NCBI GenBank assembly: GCA_003990765.1
Contig: RBNJ01000232.1
Span: forward strand, 1 to 35,943
Direction: 5' to 3'
Source: Jimgerdemannia flammicorona
Taxonomy: Eukaryota
DNA: 35,943 nucleotides
Part shown: positions 34,960 through 35,943 of the stretch, one piece after another
How the letters are laid out: the number at the start of each line of letters is the position of its first letter
How positions within the stretch are numbered: the stretch's first letter is position 1
Made by a program: the position numbers and the translations under genes
The notes under the pieces: generated by a model
The model's input: only the letters and a program-made list of their open reading frames with translations
The model's database searches: none
What the model was told of the DNA's origin: nothing

Positions 34960-35352
34960 TGGAGGATTTGGATTGGAGGATTCAGTTGAAGGATTCAGAT
35001 AAGAATTCAGATTGAAGGATTTGAATTGGAGGATTTGGATTGAGTGATTTGGATTGAGTGATTTGGATTGAGTGATTTGGATTGGGTGATTTAGATTGAG
35101 TGATTCAGATTGGGGTGGTTCAGGTGGGTGATTCGGATGGGTGATTTGGATGGGACAATTTGGATGGAGCGATTCGGATTGAGTGATTCAGATTGAGTGA
35201 TTCAGATTGGGGTGGTTCAGATGGGTGATTCAGATGGGGTGATTCAGATGGGGCGATTTGGATTAAATCCGAGTTGATTCAGATGGCTTCAGATTTGAGA
35301 TTCGAATCAAACTGTCATGTGACAAATCGAATCCGGATTTGATTTGAATTGA
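34960..35352. repeat. Right subterminal repeat array of the hAT element
   Basis: Tandem ~14-bp units GATTTGGATTGAGT / GATTCAGATGGGT / GATTCGGATTGAGT. Confidence 0.9.
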
Positions 35353-35409
35353 CTTGTTCGGAGCACTACTCCAACTTGTAATTTGCCTCTATTGAGCCAG
35401 CACATTATA

Positions 35410-35691
35410 TTTGGGAGCTCAACTGGGAAATATTTCAAAATCGATGTAACTTTTCAGCTCACAAGAACCCACAGTCAAACTGGATACATTTGATACAACA
35501 CCAATCTCTGTCACTATAGGAGAACCAATCATCACCAGTATCTGGACAGGAAGAGAAGTAATCACTTCAAGACTTGCCAATTACCCAGCATCAGAAGGAT
35601 CCCAACCAGAACCAAAAGGCAGTACAGCTCGAAATCTCCAACCAGATCAACCAGATAATATAGGTAGCCCTGCTAGAGATTTTGGAGAACT
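35410..35691 (+). mobile_element. PBS (35412-35428) and leader of the third family A copy
   Basis: TGGGAGCTCAACTGGGA, then sequence matching the reverse complement of ~7120-7376. Similarity stops abruptly at 35692. Confidence 0.92.
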
Positions 35692-35943
35692 CAGTCCACA
35701 CCATCTTCTTTTCTCTGGTAACATTCAGGTTACACAACCCTTTGGCAATACTTTCGACACAGTTTCTGGAGAAAAGCTACTAGTTTCATGGCGACCAACG
35801 AGCATCCGGAGGTGCATACTGGGCAGGGTGGCCCTGGAGCATTTGAATGGCAGAATGTGGGGAGAGGTCCTGGCTTGGGGGGAAGCATGAGGGGCCTGCT
35901 GGCAGGAGGACATGGTGGAGGAGGAGACAGGGCTGATGGGCAA

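Larger units (their letters stand above)
28978..35368 (-). mobile_element. hAT-superfamily DNA transposon (6391 bp) with cargo gene
   Basis: TIRs TAGTGCTCCAAAC and GTTCGGAGCACTA (12/13 match). Perfect 8-bp TSD CTCCAACT (28970-28977, 35369-35376). Subterminal short repeats at both ends and a hAT transposase inside. Confidence 0.97.
27594..35409 (+). repeat. 5' LTR of a third family A copy, split by the hAT insertion (27594-28977 plus 35377-35409)
   Basis: Starts TGTGACA. Removing 28978-35376 restores ...AACCTCCAACTTGTAATTTGCCTCTATTGAGCCAGCACATTATA, matching the reverse complement of 7396-7442. Confidence 0.95.

Noticed and set aside
34960..35352. Telomere-like or satellite repeat
   Set aside because: Lies inside the hAT TIR and mirrors the left-end array, so it is explained as subterminal repeats.

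Overview
Eukaryotic DNA with spliceosomal GT-AG introns, almost certainly fungal; an early-diverging Mucoromycota-type genome is my inference. The window is a nested transposon graveyard around a ~5.5 kb CpG-rich host island (~10.5-16.0 kb). (1) A decayed minus-strand Ty3/Gypsy element (family A, 1-8785) with a 1.39-kb LTR, tRNA-Pro-type PBS, gag-PR-Cys-rich insert-dUTPase-RT-RNaseH-IN and an extra 3' ORF, inserted in an older relative (8786-10506). (2) The host island, with a PHD-like ORF and a spliced KCTD-type BTB gene, followed by a heavily C>T/G>A-mutated BTB duplicate split by a foldback MITE. (3) A family-A solo LTR, a second MITE copy, and an internally deleted Gypsy of a second family (B, 22112-27310) that also has a dUTPase and a homologous 3' ORF. 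(4) A third family-A LTR interrupted by a 6391-bp hAT DNA transposon (28978-35368; TIRs, perfect 8-bp TSD CTCCAACT). The most notable observation: besides its intron-containing transposase, this hAT element carries a convergent spliced gene for a 2OG-Fe(II) dioxygenase with HxD...H motifs resembling the TET/JBP family, a candidate self-encoded anti-methylation module. Both hAT genes in this copy have premature stops. All family calls are from manual translation and motif recognition, not database searches.
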